From Eledone cirrhosa (Eukaryota): 64,000 bases of DNA. Made by a program: the position numbers and the translations under genes. The notes under the pieces were generated by a model that was not told the origin of the DNA, did not search any database, and saw only the letters and a program-made list of their open reading frames with translations. Below, piece by piece: positions 27,209 through 46,490 of the stretch (positions are counted from its first letter, which is position 1; each line of letters starts with the position of its first letter). Location of the stretch: the NCBI GenBank assembly GCA_964016885.1, contig OZ024743.1:20584001-20648000 (forward strand), given 5' to 3'.

Positions 27209-27306
27209 CTTTGAGAAAAGGATTCTGAATTGATGAAGTTTAGGATATTAGTTGTATACTTTATGGAATGTTCTGTGGGATTTATGCAAGAAGAGAGAAA
27301 AAAGTC
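26071..27306 (-). mobile_element. P1-related PLE 3' part (ORF end, 3' UTR, HHR 26199-26269, tail)
   Basis: Reverse-complement homology to ~8980-10177 and 19605-19692; ~60-bp tandem x3 at ~26636-26800; stem III loop altered to AGCTCA. Confidence 0.8.
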
Positions 27307-27391
27307 ACACACATTCAGCGCATCGGTAGGGGTTCTCCTACATGGATATAAAGTAGTAGCCGTACTCGAAAACGAGTTGGCAGCCACCATA
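27299..27391 (+). mobile_element. 3' end of the RTE-derived non-autonomous element (see 38988)
   Basis: Matches 39493-39585. Confidence 0.8.
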
Positions 27392-27477
27392 TATATATGT
27401 ATATATATACATGTATATATATATATGTATATATGTATATACATGTATATATATGTATATATGTATATATATAAATG

Positions 27478-27508
<31 letters not shown>

Positions 27509-27788
27509 GTATATATATATATGTATATATATATATGTATATATATATATGTATATATATATATGTATATATATATGTATATATATATATGTATATTTAT
27601 ATATATATGTATATATATATATATGTATATTTATATATATTTGTATATATGTATGTATATTTATATATATGTATGTTTATATATATATGTATATTTATAT
27701 TTATATATATGTATATATATATGTATATATATATGTATATATATATATGTATATATATATGTGTATATATGTATATATATGTATATGT

Positions 27789-27820
<32 letters not shown>

Positions 27821-28439
27821 GTGTATATATGTATATATATGTATATGTATATATATGTATATGTATATATATATGTGTATATATATATGTGTATATATAT
27901 ATGTATATATATATATGTATATGTATATATATATGTATATATATATATGTATATATATATATGTATATGTATATATATATGTATATATATATGTATATAT
28001 ATGTATATATATATATGTATATATATGTATATGTATATATATGTATATATATATATGTATATATATGTATATGTATATATATGTATATATATATATGTAT
28101 ATATATGTATATATATATATGTATATATATGTATATATATATATGTATATATATGTATATGTATATATATGTATATATATGTGTATATATATGTGTATAT
28201 GTATATATATGTGTATATGTATATATATGTGTATATGTATATATATATGTGTATATGTATATATATATGTATATATATATGTATATATGTATATATATAT
28301 GTGTATATGTATATATATGTGTATATGTATATATATATGTATATATATATATGTGTATATGTATATATATATGTATATATATGTGTATATGTATATATAT
28401 ATGTATATATATATATATATGTATATGTATATATATATG

Positions 28440-28470
<31 letters not shown>

Positions 28471-28567
28471 GTATATATATGTATATATATATATATGTGT
28501 ATATGTATATATATGTGTATATGTATATATATGTATGTATATATATGTATATATATATATGTATGTG

Positions 28568-28603
<36 letters not shown>

Positions 28604-28607
28604 TGTG

Positions 28608-28680
<73 letters not shown>

Positions 28681-28707
28681 GTGTATGTATATATATATAT
28701 GTGTATG

Positions 28708-28754
<47 letters not shown>

Positions 28755-28771
28755 GTATATATATATATGTG

Positions 28772-28808
<37 letters not shown>

Positions 28809-28859
28809 GTGTATATATATATATGTGTATATATATATATGTATGTATATACGTGTGTG

Positions 28860-28894
<35 letters not shown>

Positions 28895-28905
28895 GTATAT
28901 ATATG

Positions 28906-29002
<97 letters not shown>

Positions 29003-29003
29003 G

Positions 29004-29035
<32 letters not shown>

Positions 29036-29039
29036 TATG

Positions 29040-29071
<32 letters not shown>

Positions 29072-29084
29072 TATGTATATATAT

Positions 29085-29159
<75 letters not shown>

Positions 29160-29166
29160 GTATATG

Positions 29167-29197
<31 letters not shown>

Positions 29198-29226
29198 GTA
29201 TACATATATATATATATGTATATATG

Positions 29227-29295
<69 letters not shown>

Positions 29296-29297
29296 GT

Positions 29298-29343
<46 letters not shown>

Positions 29344-29371
29344 GTATATATATGTATATATATATATATGT

Positions 29372-29405
<34 letters not shown>

Positions 29406-29479
29406 GTATGTATATATATATATATATATATGTATGTATATATATATATATGTATGTATATGTATATATATGTATATGT

Positions 29480-29513
<34 letters not shown>

Positions 29514-29657
29514 GTATGTATATATATATATATGTATGTATATGTATATATATGTATGTGTATATATGTATATATATATATATGTATGTATATATATATA
29601 TGTATATATATATATGTATATATATATATGTATATATATATATGTATATATATATGT

Positions 29658-29689
<32 letters not shown>

Positions 29690-29832
29690 GTATGTATATA
29701 TATATATATGTATGTATATGTATATATATGTATGTGTATATATGTATATATATATATATGTATGTATATATATATATGTATATATATATATGTATATATA
29801 TATATGTATATATATATATGTATATATATATG

Positions 29833-29863
<31 letters not shown>

Positions 29864-29951
29864 GTATATATATATATGTATGTATATATATATATGTATT
29901 ATATATATATATATGTATATATATATTAATATGTATATATGTATATATATG

Positions 29952-29982
<31 letters not shown>

Positions 29983-29999
29983 GTATATATTTATATATG

Positions 30000-30034
<35 letters not shown>

Positions 30035-30220
30035 GTATATATATAGATATGTATATATATATATGTATATATATATATATGTATAATATAGATATGTATA
30101 TATATATAGATATGTATATATATATATGTATGTATATATATAGATATGTATATATATATATGTATATATATATATATGTATATATATATCTGTATATATA
30201 TATATATGTATATATATATG

Positions 30221-30251
<31 letters not shown>

Positions 30252-30413
30252 GTATATATATATATGTATATATATATATGTATATATATAGATATGTATA
30301 TATATATATATGTATATATATATATGTATATATATAGATATGTATATATATATATATGTATATAATATGTATATATATATATATATGTATATATATATGT
30401 ATATATATATATG

Positions 30414-30477
<64 letters not shown>

Positions 30478-30496
30478 GATATGTATATATATATAT
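27392..30496. repeat. ~3.1-kb interrupted (TA)n array (TG-type; AGAT units after ~30040)
   Basis: Direct reading. Confidence 0.95.
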
Positions 30497-32401
30497 ATGG
30501 TCCGCAAAGACCATAAGACAGTCGACGACCCGACAACAGGACCACCAACAAGACCTGTATGCGGAGCTAATATAGCTAGCAACTACAGGATCTCCTACTT
30601 CCTCTCAATGGTTATACGCCCCATAATCAAGATGTCCCCAGATGTATGTGAAAGTACAGAGGACCTCCTCAGCAGAATCAGTGAGTGCAACAAAAACAGG
30701 AGCCTATCCAACTGCATAATAGGCAGCATGGATGTGGTGTCACTGTACCCATCCATTAACATTGATTTTGCTGTGAAAAGATGTGTGGAGATGATCATTG
30801 AGAGTGAGGTGGAGTTCTGCGACGTCGACACAGACGAACTGGGCCTCCTACTTAGACTTACCTACGACACTGACTACCTAGACAGCCATGACCTTAGATG
30901 TTTCTGCCCTAGTAGACCTATAAGAGGTAGACCCCCCACCATAACCTCAATGGCTAAAAAGACTCCCATAGGAAGGTGGATTGGGTGGACCAAAGCTATA
31001 CGGACCCCCCAAAACACTGATCAGGTAAGAAAAATGGTCGCACATGCAATAGGGGCTAGTATCAAAACTACCCTAAAGGGCCACATATTTAAGTTCAATG
31101 AGAAAATCTACACCCAAAATGAGGGAGCAGCCATCGGCGTCAGCATAGCTGGCGATGTTGCCAACCTTTTCATGGTATGGTGGGAAAGGAGACTTAAAGA
31201 TCTCCTTAATGAAAGCTCCATAGACCTCATCATGTACTCTCGTTATGTAGACGATATCAATATAGTTATAAGAACACTCCCACTAGAGAGCACTAACAAG
31301 TTTGATTTAGAACGTAGCACGATGGAAAGCATCCAGCAGATAGCTAATTCCATACACCAGAGTATAACTGTAACTATAGACTTCCCTTCCAAACACCCTA
31401 ACAATAGACTACCTGTATTAGACACAGAACTCTGGATTAACACTATAGACGAGAGAGCCCAAATTCTCCACTCACACTATGCTAAACCCATGGCCTCCAA
31501 ATACCTGATACTCAAAAACTCAGCAATGTCCAGTAGTGCTAAGTTTAATATTCTGATCGCAGATTTGGTACGAGTGATGAAGAATGTGTCCAGCATGTGC
31601 GACCCAACAGAAATGGAAGGACACATCCAACACTTCATCAACCGCATGCAGTTCTCTGGCTACAACCAAAGAGACAGAGTCAGAGTATACGAAGGAGCCA
31701 TGGAAAAGTATAAGACCCTCATAGAACTGGACATGAAAGGAATTTGCCCACTATACAGGAGCAAATCATGGAATAGCTTAGATAGGGCTAGACATAAGAT
31801 AGGGAAGGCCACATCATGGTACGACAACCAGAGATATCAGAGTGTCATGTTTGTGGACGCCACCCCTGGAGGGAAATTAGCTAACCAGTGTAGAAAGGCC
31901 CTGAGAAAGACCCACTTAAAAATAAAGGTGGTAGAAAAGCCAGGAACCACCATAAAATCCCTGATCAGCAAAACCTACCCTTTTAAGAAAACCCACTGTA
32001 CCAATAGGAAATGTATCATATGTAAGGTGAACCCCCGGATAAACTGTAAAACTAGAAACGTAGTCTATAGCATAAGATGTACAGAGGGTACTTGCAGAAA
32101 CACGACAACAACATACATAGGTGAGACAGCTCGTAGCATAGGTGAAAGGATAGACCAACACTGGGGGGAACTAAAAGGACGAAAAAACGGGTCAGTACTA
32201 TACGAACATGCTAGACAACATCATGACGGTAACATAGACAACATAGAAATTAGAATAATATCTAAACATAGGAATGACCCAGCAGATAGGCAAATCAGAG
32301 AGGCCAGTGAAATAGAAATTAGAAGACCAAAGCTAAACAGAAAGAATGAGTGGAACAACAACAACACCCACACAAACAACACTGACCTAAGAGAAGTATA
32401 A
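30497..32401 (+). CDS. PLE RT + GIY-YIG endonuclease (N-terminally truncated, uninterrupted 634 codons)
   Basis: [39 protein letters not shown], Cys linker, [38 protein letters not shown]. Confidence 0.9.
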   Translation: MVRKDHKTVDDPTTGPPTRPVCGANIASNYRISYFLSMVIRPIIKMSPDVCESTEDLLSRISECNKNRSLSNCIIGSMDVVSLYPSINIDFAVKRCVEMIIESEVEFCDVDTDELGLLLRLTYDTDYLDSHDLRCFCPSRPIRGRPPTITSMAKKTPIGRWIGWTKAIRTPQNTDQVRKMVAHAIGASIKTTLKGHIFKFNEKIYTQNEGAAIGVSIAGDVANLFMVWWERRLKDLLNESSIDLIMYSRYVDDINIVIRTLPLESTNKFDLERSTMESIQQIANSIHQSITVTIDFPSKHPNNRLPVLDTELWINTIDERAQILHSHYAKPMASKYLILKNSAMSSSAKFNILIADLVRVMKNVSSMCDPTEMEGHIQHFINRMQFSGYNQRDRVRVYEGAMEKYKTLIELDMKGICPLYRSKSWNSLDRARHKIGKATSWYDNQRYQSVMFVDATPGGKLANQCRKALRKTHLKIKVVEKPGTTIKSLISKTYPFKKTHCTNRKCIICKVNPRINCKTRNVVYSIRCTEGTCRNTTTTYIGETARSIGERIDQHWGELKGRKNGSVLYEHARQHHDGNIDNIEIRIISKHRNDPADRQIREASEIEIRRPKLNRKNEWNNNNTHTNNTDLREV

Positions 32402-32924
32402 ATAAATAAGTAAATTAAATTAAATAAAATAAGATAAATAAATACATACACAAGCACATAAACGCACACTAGTCACCCAGCAGACACAACACTATACACA
32501 CTAGTCACACATCACACATAACACTATACACACACGCAAACGCATGCGCAAAGAAGACAAAATAAAATAAGATAAACAAACAAGCAAATAAATAAATAAA
32601 TAAATATATAGACAGACTGAACAAAAAAAATGGCGTAGACATACAACACAACAGGAGGAACAATGAATATAACACCACTGACGATGTTGCAGATGTGCAA
32701 CGAAAGATTTATGTAAACTATATATATATGTGTTTGTCTATATTGTATCTGTATTATTTTTGACCGCCGGTCAGTCAATGGCAACATTGAGGACCGAGTA
32801 AGTTAGATCGCAGATATATATATATAAAAGACAGCGAGAAGCGAAAACCAACCAAACAGTGAGTGTGTTCTGTTATTAATTCTGGCAATATTACGCAAAT
32901 ATGACCCTCCCCAAATATAACAAT
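30497..32924 (+). mobile_element. 5'-truncated Penelope-like element (family P2)
   Basis: RT + GIY-YIG ORF; 3' region with HHR-like CTGACGA-T-GTTGCA/TGCAAC-GAAA at 32678-32705; end atgaccctccccaaatataacaata is homologous to the P3 end at 54413-54438. Confidence 0.9.
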
Positions 32925-33217
32925 ATATATATATAGATATGTATATATATATAGATATGTATATATATATATAGATATGTATATATATATATAGATATGT
33001 ATATATATATATAGATATGTATATATATATATAGATATGTATATATATAGATATGTATATATATAGATATGTATATATATATAGATATGTATATATATAT
33101 AGATATGTATATATATATAGATATGTATATATATATAGATATGTATATATATATAGATATGTATATATATAGATATGTATATATAGATATGTATATATAT
33201 ATAGATATGTATATATG

Positions 33218-33268
<51 letters not shown>

Positions 33269-33269
33269 G

Positions 33270-33318
<49 letters not shown>

Positions 33319-33375
33319 GTATATACATATATATATGTATATATATATGTATATATATATATATATGTATATATG
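32925..33375. repeat. (TA)n array with AGATATGT units
   Basis: Same variant unit as 30040-30490. Confidence 0.9.
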
Positions 33376-35603
33376 TCATTTCTCCTGTCCATCCGTTTGA
33401 CGCTATGGATTTCCACAATGCAAACTGGGAAGCGATCAGTCATGATCTTGCACATGTCGACTGGTCCTTCACGCACACTCATACACCCACTAACATCAAA
33501 AAGTCCTGGCAGACATTTGTGGACACTGTTACAAACATATGTGCTAAACACACCCCATTAAGAACTATAAACAAATCTAAGAGCAGAATCCCTAGAAATA
33601 GAAAAACGCTCATCAGAAAAATTAAGAGAACGAACAAAAAAATCAACAATCTGAAATACTGTCAGCAGCAACACATCAACTTGACTGCCATTTCATCACT
33701 AGAGATTAAAAAACATAACCTCCAAAACAACATAATGTCCCTCATCAACAATCAGAGAAGAGCTGAAGAGGCCTGGGCCATTGAGAAGATCAAACTCAAT
33801 CCCAAAGTGTTCTTTTCATTTGCAAAAAAACACAAAATCACTGGCTCTACTGTTGGCCCTCTAATTGATGAAAATGGCACTCTTCAAGACAATGCTAAAA
33901 CCATGGGTGAGATACTGCAGAAACAATACTGCTCTGTTTTCAGCAATCCTGATATGGCCGATCTGGGCTGTATCGGCGATGTTACTCCCCATTACACCTT
34001 ATCGGACATAACGTTTGGCGCCCCTGATGTCTTGGCGGCAATAAAGGAAATCAAGCATAATTCAGCAGTAGGTCCCGATAGGTTCCCTGCTTGTGTCTTG
34101 AAGGCGTGTCAACACCAACTTGCTTCTCCTCTTGCCAATCTGTGGCGGAACTCACTGGATGCTGGATATGTGCCAGAAAACCTTCTATCCCAGTCTGTTG
34201 TCCCAGTTTTCAAAAAGGGAAACAAATCCCTTGCCGTGAATTACCGTCCAATCTCACTCACCTCTCATATCATTAAGGTATTTGAGCGAGTGGTAAGATC
34301 GCGAATGACCCACTTCCTTGAGAGTAACAATATGCTGAACTCCAACCAGCATGGATTCCGTAATGGAAGGGATTGCCTGACGCAACTACTGCATCACTTT
34401 GATGACATTTTGAGAGCCTTGGGAGAGGGTTCCAACACTGATGTTATCTACCTTGATTTCAGCAAGGCCTTTGACAGGGTTGATCATAACATTCTACTGA
34501 GAAAGCTGTCCAATATTGGTGTCACTGGAAAGCTGCTGCAGTGGATCAAGAGCTTCCTGTCAAACAGAACCCAACATGTTGTAGTTGAGGGAGTCAAATC
34601 AAGCCCAGCCAAAGTCAGTAGTGGAGTCCCACAAGGCACTGTGTTGGGCCCACTTCTCTTCATCATCTATATTAATGACATCACTGACATCATCAAACAC
34701 AGCAACATTAAAATTTTCGCTGATGATTCCAAGCTCCAAAAGGTCATCAATGGCGTGGATGACCGGATAAGCCTTCAGTCAGACCTACTGGCTGTTACCC
34801 AATGGGCAGAAAAGAACAACATGTTACTGAACGAAGACAAATTCGAACTGATCCACTTTGGAAAAGAGGATGCTCTGAAACTCCCGTACTCCCTTCCCTC
34901 CGGGGAAACTCTCGTGGCATCTAACAACATCAGAGACTTGGGAGTAACCGTGGACAGCAACATAAGCTGGACCACGCATATAAGCAGCAAAGTTGACATG
35001 GCCCGCAGAATGTGTTCCTGGATCCTCAGAACCTTCCAGTCGAGAGATTCCCGCACCATTATCCTTCTCTTCTCTACTTTCGCCCGACCACACCTTGAAT
35101 ACTGTTGTCCACTGTGGTCTCCCCACACGAAACAAAGTATCATGAAACTTGAAGCTCCTCAAAGGGCAATCACGAAAAAGATAGATGGCATGTCAGACCT
35201 TGACTACTGGGGTCGATTGGAAAACCTGAAACTTTACTCACTCCAACGTCACCGTGAGCGTTATATTATCTGCATGATGTGGAAAATGTTCCATCATCAC
35301 TGCCCAAATGATGTTGGCATCGCCTTCAAGATACACCCAAGGCTTGGGCCCCGTGCTATCCGTCCCATTCAAAAATCTAAATCGCAACTCATAACAACAA
35401 TACGGCACAATTATTTCACCTCAATCGGCCCTGCTCTCTTCAACATCACACCAGGACACGTCAAAACAGAAACTGACCACACAAAATTCAAGAAGTCTTT
35501 GGACAAATTCCTCCAAGTAATCCCGGACAAACCACCCACACCCGGATATGTCTCCGCAAACAGTAATTCTCTTCTCGAATGGGCCATGGTGCCCAAATCC
35601 TGA
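33375..35603 (+). CDS. LINE ORF2, partial (RT and C-terminal domain, ~740 aa)
   Basis: [71 protein letters not shown]. Confidence 0.9.
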   Translation, partial: VISPVHPFDAMDFHNANWEAISHDLAHVDWSFTHTHTPTNIKKSWQTFVDTVTNICAKHTPLRTINKSKSRIPRNRKTLIRKIKRTNKKINNLKYCQQQHINLTAISSLEIKKHNLQNNIMSLINNQRRAEEAWAIEKIKLNPKVFFSFAKKHKITGSTVGPLIDENGTLQDNAKTMGEILQKQYCSVFSNPDMADLGCIGDVTPHYTLSDITFGAPDVLAAIKEIKHNSAVGPDRFPACVLKACQHQLASPLANLWRNSLDAGYVPENLLSQSVVPVFKKGNKSLAVNYRPISLTSHIIKVFERVVRSRMTHFLESNNMLNSNQHGFRNGRDCLTQLLHHFDDILRALGEGSNTDVIYLDFSKAFDRVDHNILLRKLSNIGVTGKLLQWIKSFLSNRTQHVVVEGVKSSPAKVSSGVPQGTVLGPLLFIIYINDITDIIKHSNIKIFADDSKLQKVINGVDDRISLQSDLLAVTQWAEKNNMLLNEDKFELIHFGKEDALKLPYSLPSGETLVASNNIRDLGVTVDSNISWTTHISSKVDMARRMCSWILRTFQSRDSRTIILLFSTFARPHLEYCCPLWSPHTKQSIMKLEAPQRAITKKIDGMSDLDYWGRLENLKLYSLQRHRERYIICMMWKMFHHHCPNDVGIAFKIHPRLGPRAIRPIQKSKSQLITTIRHNYFTSIGPALFNITPGHVKTETDHTKFKKSLDKFLQVIPDKPPTPGYVSANSNSLLEWAMVPKS

Positions 35604-35678
35604 ATTGAAAGACTTCGCCAGGTGGTGCTATTAAGTTAGACATGGCCTGGGCCAATACTGGCCAAAACATTTCAAAGT
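33376..35678 (+). mobile_element. 5'-truncated CR1/L2-group LINE with an uninterrupted ORF2 remnant
   Basis: Open to the stop at 35603; 3' end ggtggtgctattaag...ggccaaaacatttcaaag runs into (TA)n. Confidence 0.9.
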
Positions 35679-35770
35679 TATATATATATATGTATATATA
35701 TATATATGTATATATGTATATATATGTATATATGTATATATATGTATATATGTATATATATGTATATATG

Positions 35771-35830
<60 letters not shown>

Positions 35831-35840
35831 TGTATATATA

Positions 35841-36062
35841 TTAGAAAGTGAGGTTTTTTTTTACAAAATGAAAAATAACCGAGGTGTCCTACACGAGTGG
35901 AAGTATAAAGAAAAAGATGTGGGAAAAACCACAGACCCTCCATCTCAACTCACCTTTTGAAAAGCAGAAGAACTGGAAACCGGTAAAGGAACCAAATAAA
36001 TATATATATTTTTAAAAAGAATAAGACTTCAGTTGCATTTTCGATTTCATCCCTTTTTCTTT
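35841..36062. mobile_element. PLE-type terminal repeat (family P4): inverted tail + body with a variant HHR (35953-35989)
   Basis: 35841-35917 is the reverse complement of the tail at 54905-54985; body reads CCTT TTGAAAA GCAG..CTG GAAA CCGG TA AAGG. Confidence 0.7.
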
Positions 36063-36203
36063 ATGTATATATATATATGTATATATGTATATATGTATAT
36101 ATATATATATGTATGTATATATATATATATGTATATATATATGTATGTATATATATGTATATATGTATGTATATATATGTAAATATGTATGTATATATGT
36201 ATG

Positions 36204-36234
<31 letters not shown>

Positions 36235-36986
36235 GTATATATGTATGTATATATATATATGTATATATGTATGTATATGTATATATGTATGTATATGTAT
36301 ATATGTATGTATATATATATATATGTATATATGTATATATATATATGTATGTATATATATATATATGTATATATGTATGTATATATATGTATATATGTAT
36401 GTATATATATGTAAATATGTATGTATATATGTATGTATATATATATATATGTATATATGTATGTATATATATATATGTATATATGTATGTATATGTATAT
36501 ATGTACGTATATATATATATGTATATATAAACCCGCCAGACAGTCCTATGCGAGCAAGACAACCACTCTTGCCTCAAGTGGGAAAACCCCCGTCCAAACC
36601 CATGCAAGCGTGGAACACGGACGCTAAACCTGATGATGATGATGATGATGATGATATATATATGTATATATGTATGTATATGTATATATGTATATATATT
36701 ATGTATATATGTATGTATATATATATATGTATATATGTATGTATATATATATATGTATATATGTATGTATATATATATATGTATATATGTATGTATATAT
36801 ATATATGTATATATGTATGTATATATATATATGTATATATGTATGTATATATATATATGTATATATGTATGTATATATATATATGTATATATGTATGTAT
36901 ATATATATATGTATATATGTATGTATATATATATATGTATATATGTATGTATATATATCTATGTATATATATGTATGTATATATAC
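36063..36986. repeat. (TA)n/(TATG)n array containing an RTE-A-related tail fragment (36528-36654, +)
   Basis: aacccgccagacagtcc...cacggacgctaaacc(tga)n inside the array. Confidence 0.9.
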
Positions 36987-37255
36987 TGCCAAATCAACTT
37001 CACAAATGCAAGTCGATTGAAAGGTATGTCGTATCTATTTGTTTATAAGACTGTTTATATTGTATTTTGTCTGAAAAAGGCATAACATATTGTTAATATG
37101 ATATCCCTGAAATATATATAATGAAATAAATATGGTTTTATAAATATAGTTTCCATTTATTTAATATCATAAATATACTCCAAATACTTGTTGAGTGCTT
37201 TTATATCGGTTATAAATTTTTACTCGTTAACCCAACAATTTAAATATAACTTTCC

Positions 37256-37274
37256 ATATATGTATATATGTATG

Positions 37275-37305
<31 letters not shown>

Positions 37306-37338
37306 GTACGTATATATATGTATGTATATATATATGTA

Positions 37339-37370
<32 letters not shown>

Positions 37371-38248
37371 CGTATATATATGTATATATATATGTATATA
37401 TATGTATATATGTATATATATGTATATATGTATGTATATATATATATATATATGTATGTATATATGTATATATATGTATATATGTATGTATATATATATA
37501 TATGTATGTATATATATATATATGTATATATGTATGTATATATGTATGTATATATATATATGTATGTATATATATATATATGTATATATGTATGTATATA
37601 TATATATGTATATATGTATGTATATATATATATGTATATATGTATGTATATATATATGTATGTATATATATATATGTATGTATATGTATATATATATGTA
37701 TGTATATATATATGTATGTATATATATATATGTATATATGTATGTATATATATATATGTATATATATATATGTATGTATATATATATATGTATGTATATA
37801 TATATGTATGTATATGTATATATATATATGTATGTATATGTATATATATGTATGTATATATATATATATATGTATGTATATGTATGTATGTATATATATA
37901 TATGTATATATGTATGTATATGTATATATATATGTATGTATGTATGTATATATATATGTATGTATGTATGTATATATATATATGTGTATGTATGTATGTA
38001 TATATATATATGTATGTATGTATATATGTATATTTATATATATATATGTATGTATATGTATATATGTATATATGTATGTATATGTATATATGTATATGTA
38101 TGTATATGTATATATGTATATACATATATATATGTATGTATATGTATATATGTATATATGTATGTATATGTATATATATATATATGTATGTATATGTATA
38201 TATATATATGTATGTATATGTATATATATATATATATGTATGTATATG

Positions 38249-38281
<33 letters not shown>

Positions 38282-38292
38282 GTATGTATATG

Positions 38293-38355
<63 letters not shown>

Positions 38356-38360
38356 GTATG

Positions 38361-38391
<31 letters not shown>

Positions 38392-38987
38392 GTATGTATA
38401 TATATATATATGTATGTATATATATATATATGTATGTATATATATATATATGTATGTATATATATATATATATGTATGTATGTATATATATGTATGTATG
38501 TATATATATATATGTATGTATATGTATATATGTATGTATATGTATATATGTATGTATATATATATATATGTATGTATATATATATATGTATGCATATATA
38601 TGTATATATATATGTATGCATATATATATATGTATGTATATGTATGTATATATATATATGTATGTATATGTATGTATGTATATATATATATGTATGTATA
38701 TGTATGTATATATATATATGTATGTATATGTATGTATATATATATATGTATGTATATGTATGTATATATATATATGTATGTATATGTATGTATATATATA
38801 TATGTATGTATATATATATATATGTATGTATATATATATATGTATGTATATATATATATATGTATGTATATATATATATATGTATGTATATATATATATG
38901 TATGTATATATATATATGTATGTGTATATATGTATGTATATATATATATGTATGTGTATATATGTATGTGTATATATGTATGTATAT
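37256..38987. repeat. (TA)n/(TATG)n array
   Basis: Direct reading. Confidence 0.95.
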
Positions 38988-39585
38988 GTTGGTGCTACTG
39001 GTAACATGTATCCCAGTACAAGTGTCTCATTGTCGGGTCGTTGGCGACTAAACTGGCAACCCCACCAAGGTTTCTTGGTGAGGAGGGTGACTTTGGACAT
39101 CCTGCAGGACTACAAACAAAACCTGTCAAAGGGCAAAGGAGCTCTTAAGAGTCAATAGCCATCCAAAATCACCGGGAGAGATGACCCCTTAGCCTTTGTC
39201 AAGGCAGAATTCTAGGAGAAGGAAAACTCTGATATAACACCTGCAACCCTGATGGTATCCAATGATGTTGACTTGTTCTTCTTTTTGGTAAATATCATCT
39301 TGGTTAAGAGAGTGGGACTGTCTTTGTGCAGTGCCTTTGCTCACTATAAAAGCTTCACGGCACAGGCATTGCTATATATCTGGAGATCTCTCTGCACTTG
39401 TCGTCACATGGTACCATGGGCCCAGCACTATGTGTCAATAATTGTCACAAGTGTAGTGTTTGTACCAGAGTTTTCATGTCACAGGCTGAACTAAAAAGTC
39501 ACACTCGTTCAGCGCTTCGGTAGGGGTTCTCCTACATGGATATAAAGTAGTGGCCGTACTCGAAAAACGAGTTCGCAGCCACCAT
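38988..39585 (+). mobile_element. Bipartite non-autonomous RTE derivative (5' UTR-like head + ORF-end/3' tail)
   Basis: RTE 5'-UTR-like tctaggagaaggaaaactctgat; C-terminal finger remnant CSVCTRVFMSQAELKSHTR; terminal stem-loop ctcg-aaaaa-cgag; second 3' copy at 27299. Confidence 0.6.
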
Positions 39586-39825
39586 ATATATATATATATA
39601 TATGTATGTATATATATATATGTGTAATATATGTATGTATATATATATATGTAATGTATATATGTATGTATATATATGTATGTATGTATATATATGTATA
39701 TATATATAGCAAGATGTATGGTAGGTCCTATGTGAATCGCGATGATCACGTCTGACCTACCAAATATGTGATGGTAGCTAGTTAAGCTCTATACGTATAA
39801 GCAGAGCAGAAATATTAATATTTTC

Positions 39826-40102
39826 ATGTATATATATATATGTATATATATATATGTATATATGTATGTATATATGTATATATGTATGTGTATGTATATA
39901 TATGTATATATATATATGTATATATATGTATGTATATATATGTATATATATATATGTATATATATGTATGTATATATATGTATATGTATATATGTATATA
40001 TATGTATATATATATATGTATATATGTATGTATATATATATATGTATATGTATATATGTATGTATATATATATATGTATATGTATATATGTATATGTATA
40101 TA

Positions 40103-40145
<43 letters not shown>

Positions 40146-40526
40146 ATATATATATGTATATATTTATGTATATATATATGTATATATGTATGTATATATA
40201 TATGTATATATGTATGTATATATATATATGTATATATTTAAGTATATCTGTATCTATATATATATATGTATGTATATATATATATGTATGTGTATATATG
40301 TATGTATGTATATATATATATATGTATGTATATATATAATTATGTATGTGTATATATGTATGTGTATATATGTATGTATGTGTATATATGTATGTATATA
40401 TATATATGTATGTATATGTATATATGTATGTATATGTATATATGTATGTATATATATATATGTATGTATATATATATATATGTATGTATATATATATGTA
40501 TGTATGTATATATATATGTATATATG

Positions 40527-40563
<37 letters not shown>

Positions 40564-40729
40564 GTATATATGTATGCATATGTATATATGTATGTATGTA
40601 TATATATATGTATGTATATATATATATGTATGTATATATATATATGTATGTATATATATATGTATATATATATGTATGTATGTATATATATATGTATATA
40701 TGTATGTATATATATATGTATATATGTAT

Positions 40730-40761
<32 letters not shown>

Positions 40762-40944
40762 GTATATATGTATGCATATGTATATATGTATGTATATATA
40801 TATATGTATGTATATATATATATATGTATGTATATATATATATGTATGTATATATATATGTATATATATATATATATGTATGTATATATATATGTATGTA
40901 TATATATATATGTATGTGTATATATGTATGTGTATATATGTATG

Positions 40945-40975
<31 letters not shown>

Positions 40976-41007
40976 ATATATATATGTAATATATGTATGT
41001 ATATATA
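39826..41007. repeat. (TA)n/(TATG)n array
   Basis: Direct reading. Confidence 0.95.
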
Positions 41008-44761
<3,754 letters not shown>

Positions 44762-44830
44762 GTATTTATATATATATATATATATATATATGTATTTATA
44801 TATATATGTATTTATATATATATGTATTTA

Positions 44831-46404
44831 TCCCCCGCTCCATTATCTGGTGGGCTCTTAGAAAACTAGGCGTTGACGAATGGCTTGTGAGGGCTATACA
44901 AGCCATGTATAAAGAAACAGTCAGCAAGGTTAGAATTAACAACGAATATAGTGAAGAGTTTAGCGTAAAAGTTGGCGTCCATCAGGGCTCTGTTCTCAGC
45001 CCCCTACTATTTATTATTGCCCTTCAGGCTATAACAGAGGAGTTCAAGACAGGCTGCCCATGGGAACTCCTATACGCAGACGACCTGACACTCATAGCGG
45101 AATCAATGGCCGAGCTAGAGAAGAAATTCCAAACATGGAAGCACGGCCTTTAGTCAAAAGGACTTAAAATTAACCTGGCTAAGACCAAAGTTCTAGTTTG
45201 TAGGAAAGAAAACAAGGCGGCGGTCCCTTCTGGGAAATGGTCGTGCTCGGTGTGTAGGAAAGGCGTAGGTAGAAACTCCATTTTATGTCCTATGTGCAAA
45301 GTATGGGTGCATAAAAGATGTAGTGGGATCACAGGTAAGTTAACTAAGAACATAGATTTTACATGTGGCCGGTGTTCTGGTGCAATAAGTAGCAGCAAGT
45401 GCCCACAAAATACTAGCTCTTTCAATTGCGCAGAGGGTTCTATAGAAATAGTGGACAGCTTCCGTTACCTGGACGATAAAATCAGCAGTGGGGGAGGGTG
45501 CTCTGAAAGTACTGTAGCTAAAGTCAGAACTGGTTGGAAAAAGTTCAGAGAGCTATTAGCTGCTAAAGGGTTCTCCCTAAAAATGAAAGGCAGGTTGTAC
45601 GATGCCTGCATACGAACAGCAATGTTGCATGGCAGTGAGACCTGGGCATTGTGTGCAGAGGGTATACGCAGACTAGAGAGGAACGAAGCTTGCATGCTCC
45701 GCTGGATGTGTAACAGTAATATACGTGAACGGCAAAGCATAAACGAACTAAGGAAAAAATTAGAGATATGAGGGATCAGATGTTGTTTACTCGAGAGAAG
45801 GCTACGTTGGTATGGACACGTGATGCGCATGAAAGTCGATAGCTGTATAACAAAGTGCAGGGCAATAAAGATAGACGGTAGCAACGGAATAGGCAGACCT
45901 AGAAAAACCTGGGACGAGCTGATAAACTCCGACCTCACACACTTACACCTCTCCAAGACAATGTCACTGGACCGAGACCTTTGGCGGTACTCAGTAATAG
46001 AGAAGACCCGCCTTACCTAAATACATAGTAAAACCTACTACAGTCAGTAGGCATCTCGAACAAAATACACCCCCATCCCACCACCCCCACCCCATCCACA
46101 CCACCCCGTTCTATGTAAAGTTATGTTGGTGCCGCGCCATGCAGGCCGAAACAAATGAGATCGTGTAGGTGTCACGACAAAAAAACACACAGTCCACGCT
46201 GTAATGTGGCCGTGTAGGCTACACGGTAAAAACCTCCCAGACCCACACTGTAAATGTGGTTGGTGTTAGGAAGGGCATCCAACTGTAGAAAACCTGCCAG
46301 ACAGTCCTATGCGAGCAAGACAATCACTCTTGCCTCAAATGGGACTACCCCCGTCCAAACCCATGCAAGCGTGGAACACGGACGTTAAACGTTGATGATG
46401 ATGA
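44831..46404 (+). mobile_element. 5'-truncated RTE-A with stops
   Basis: ORF pieces 44806..45153, 45250..45771 and 45820..46020; (TGA)n tail. Confidence 0.9.
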
Positions 46405-46422
46405 TATATATGTATTTATATG

Positions 46423-46453
<31 letters not shown>

Positions 46454-46490
46454 GTATCTATATGTATATATATATATGTATATATATATA

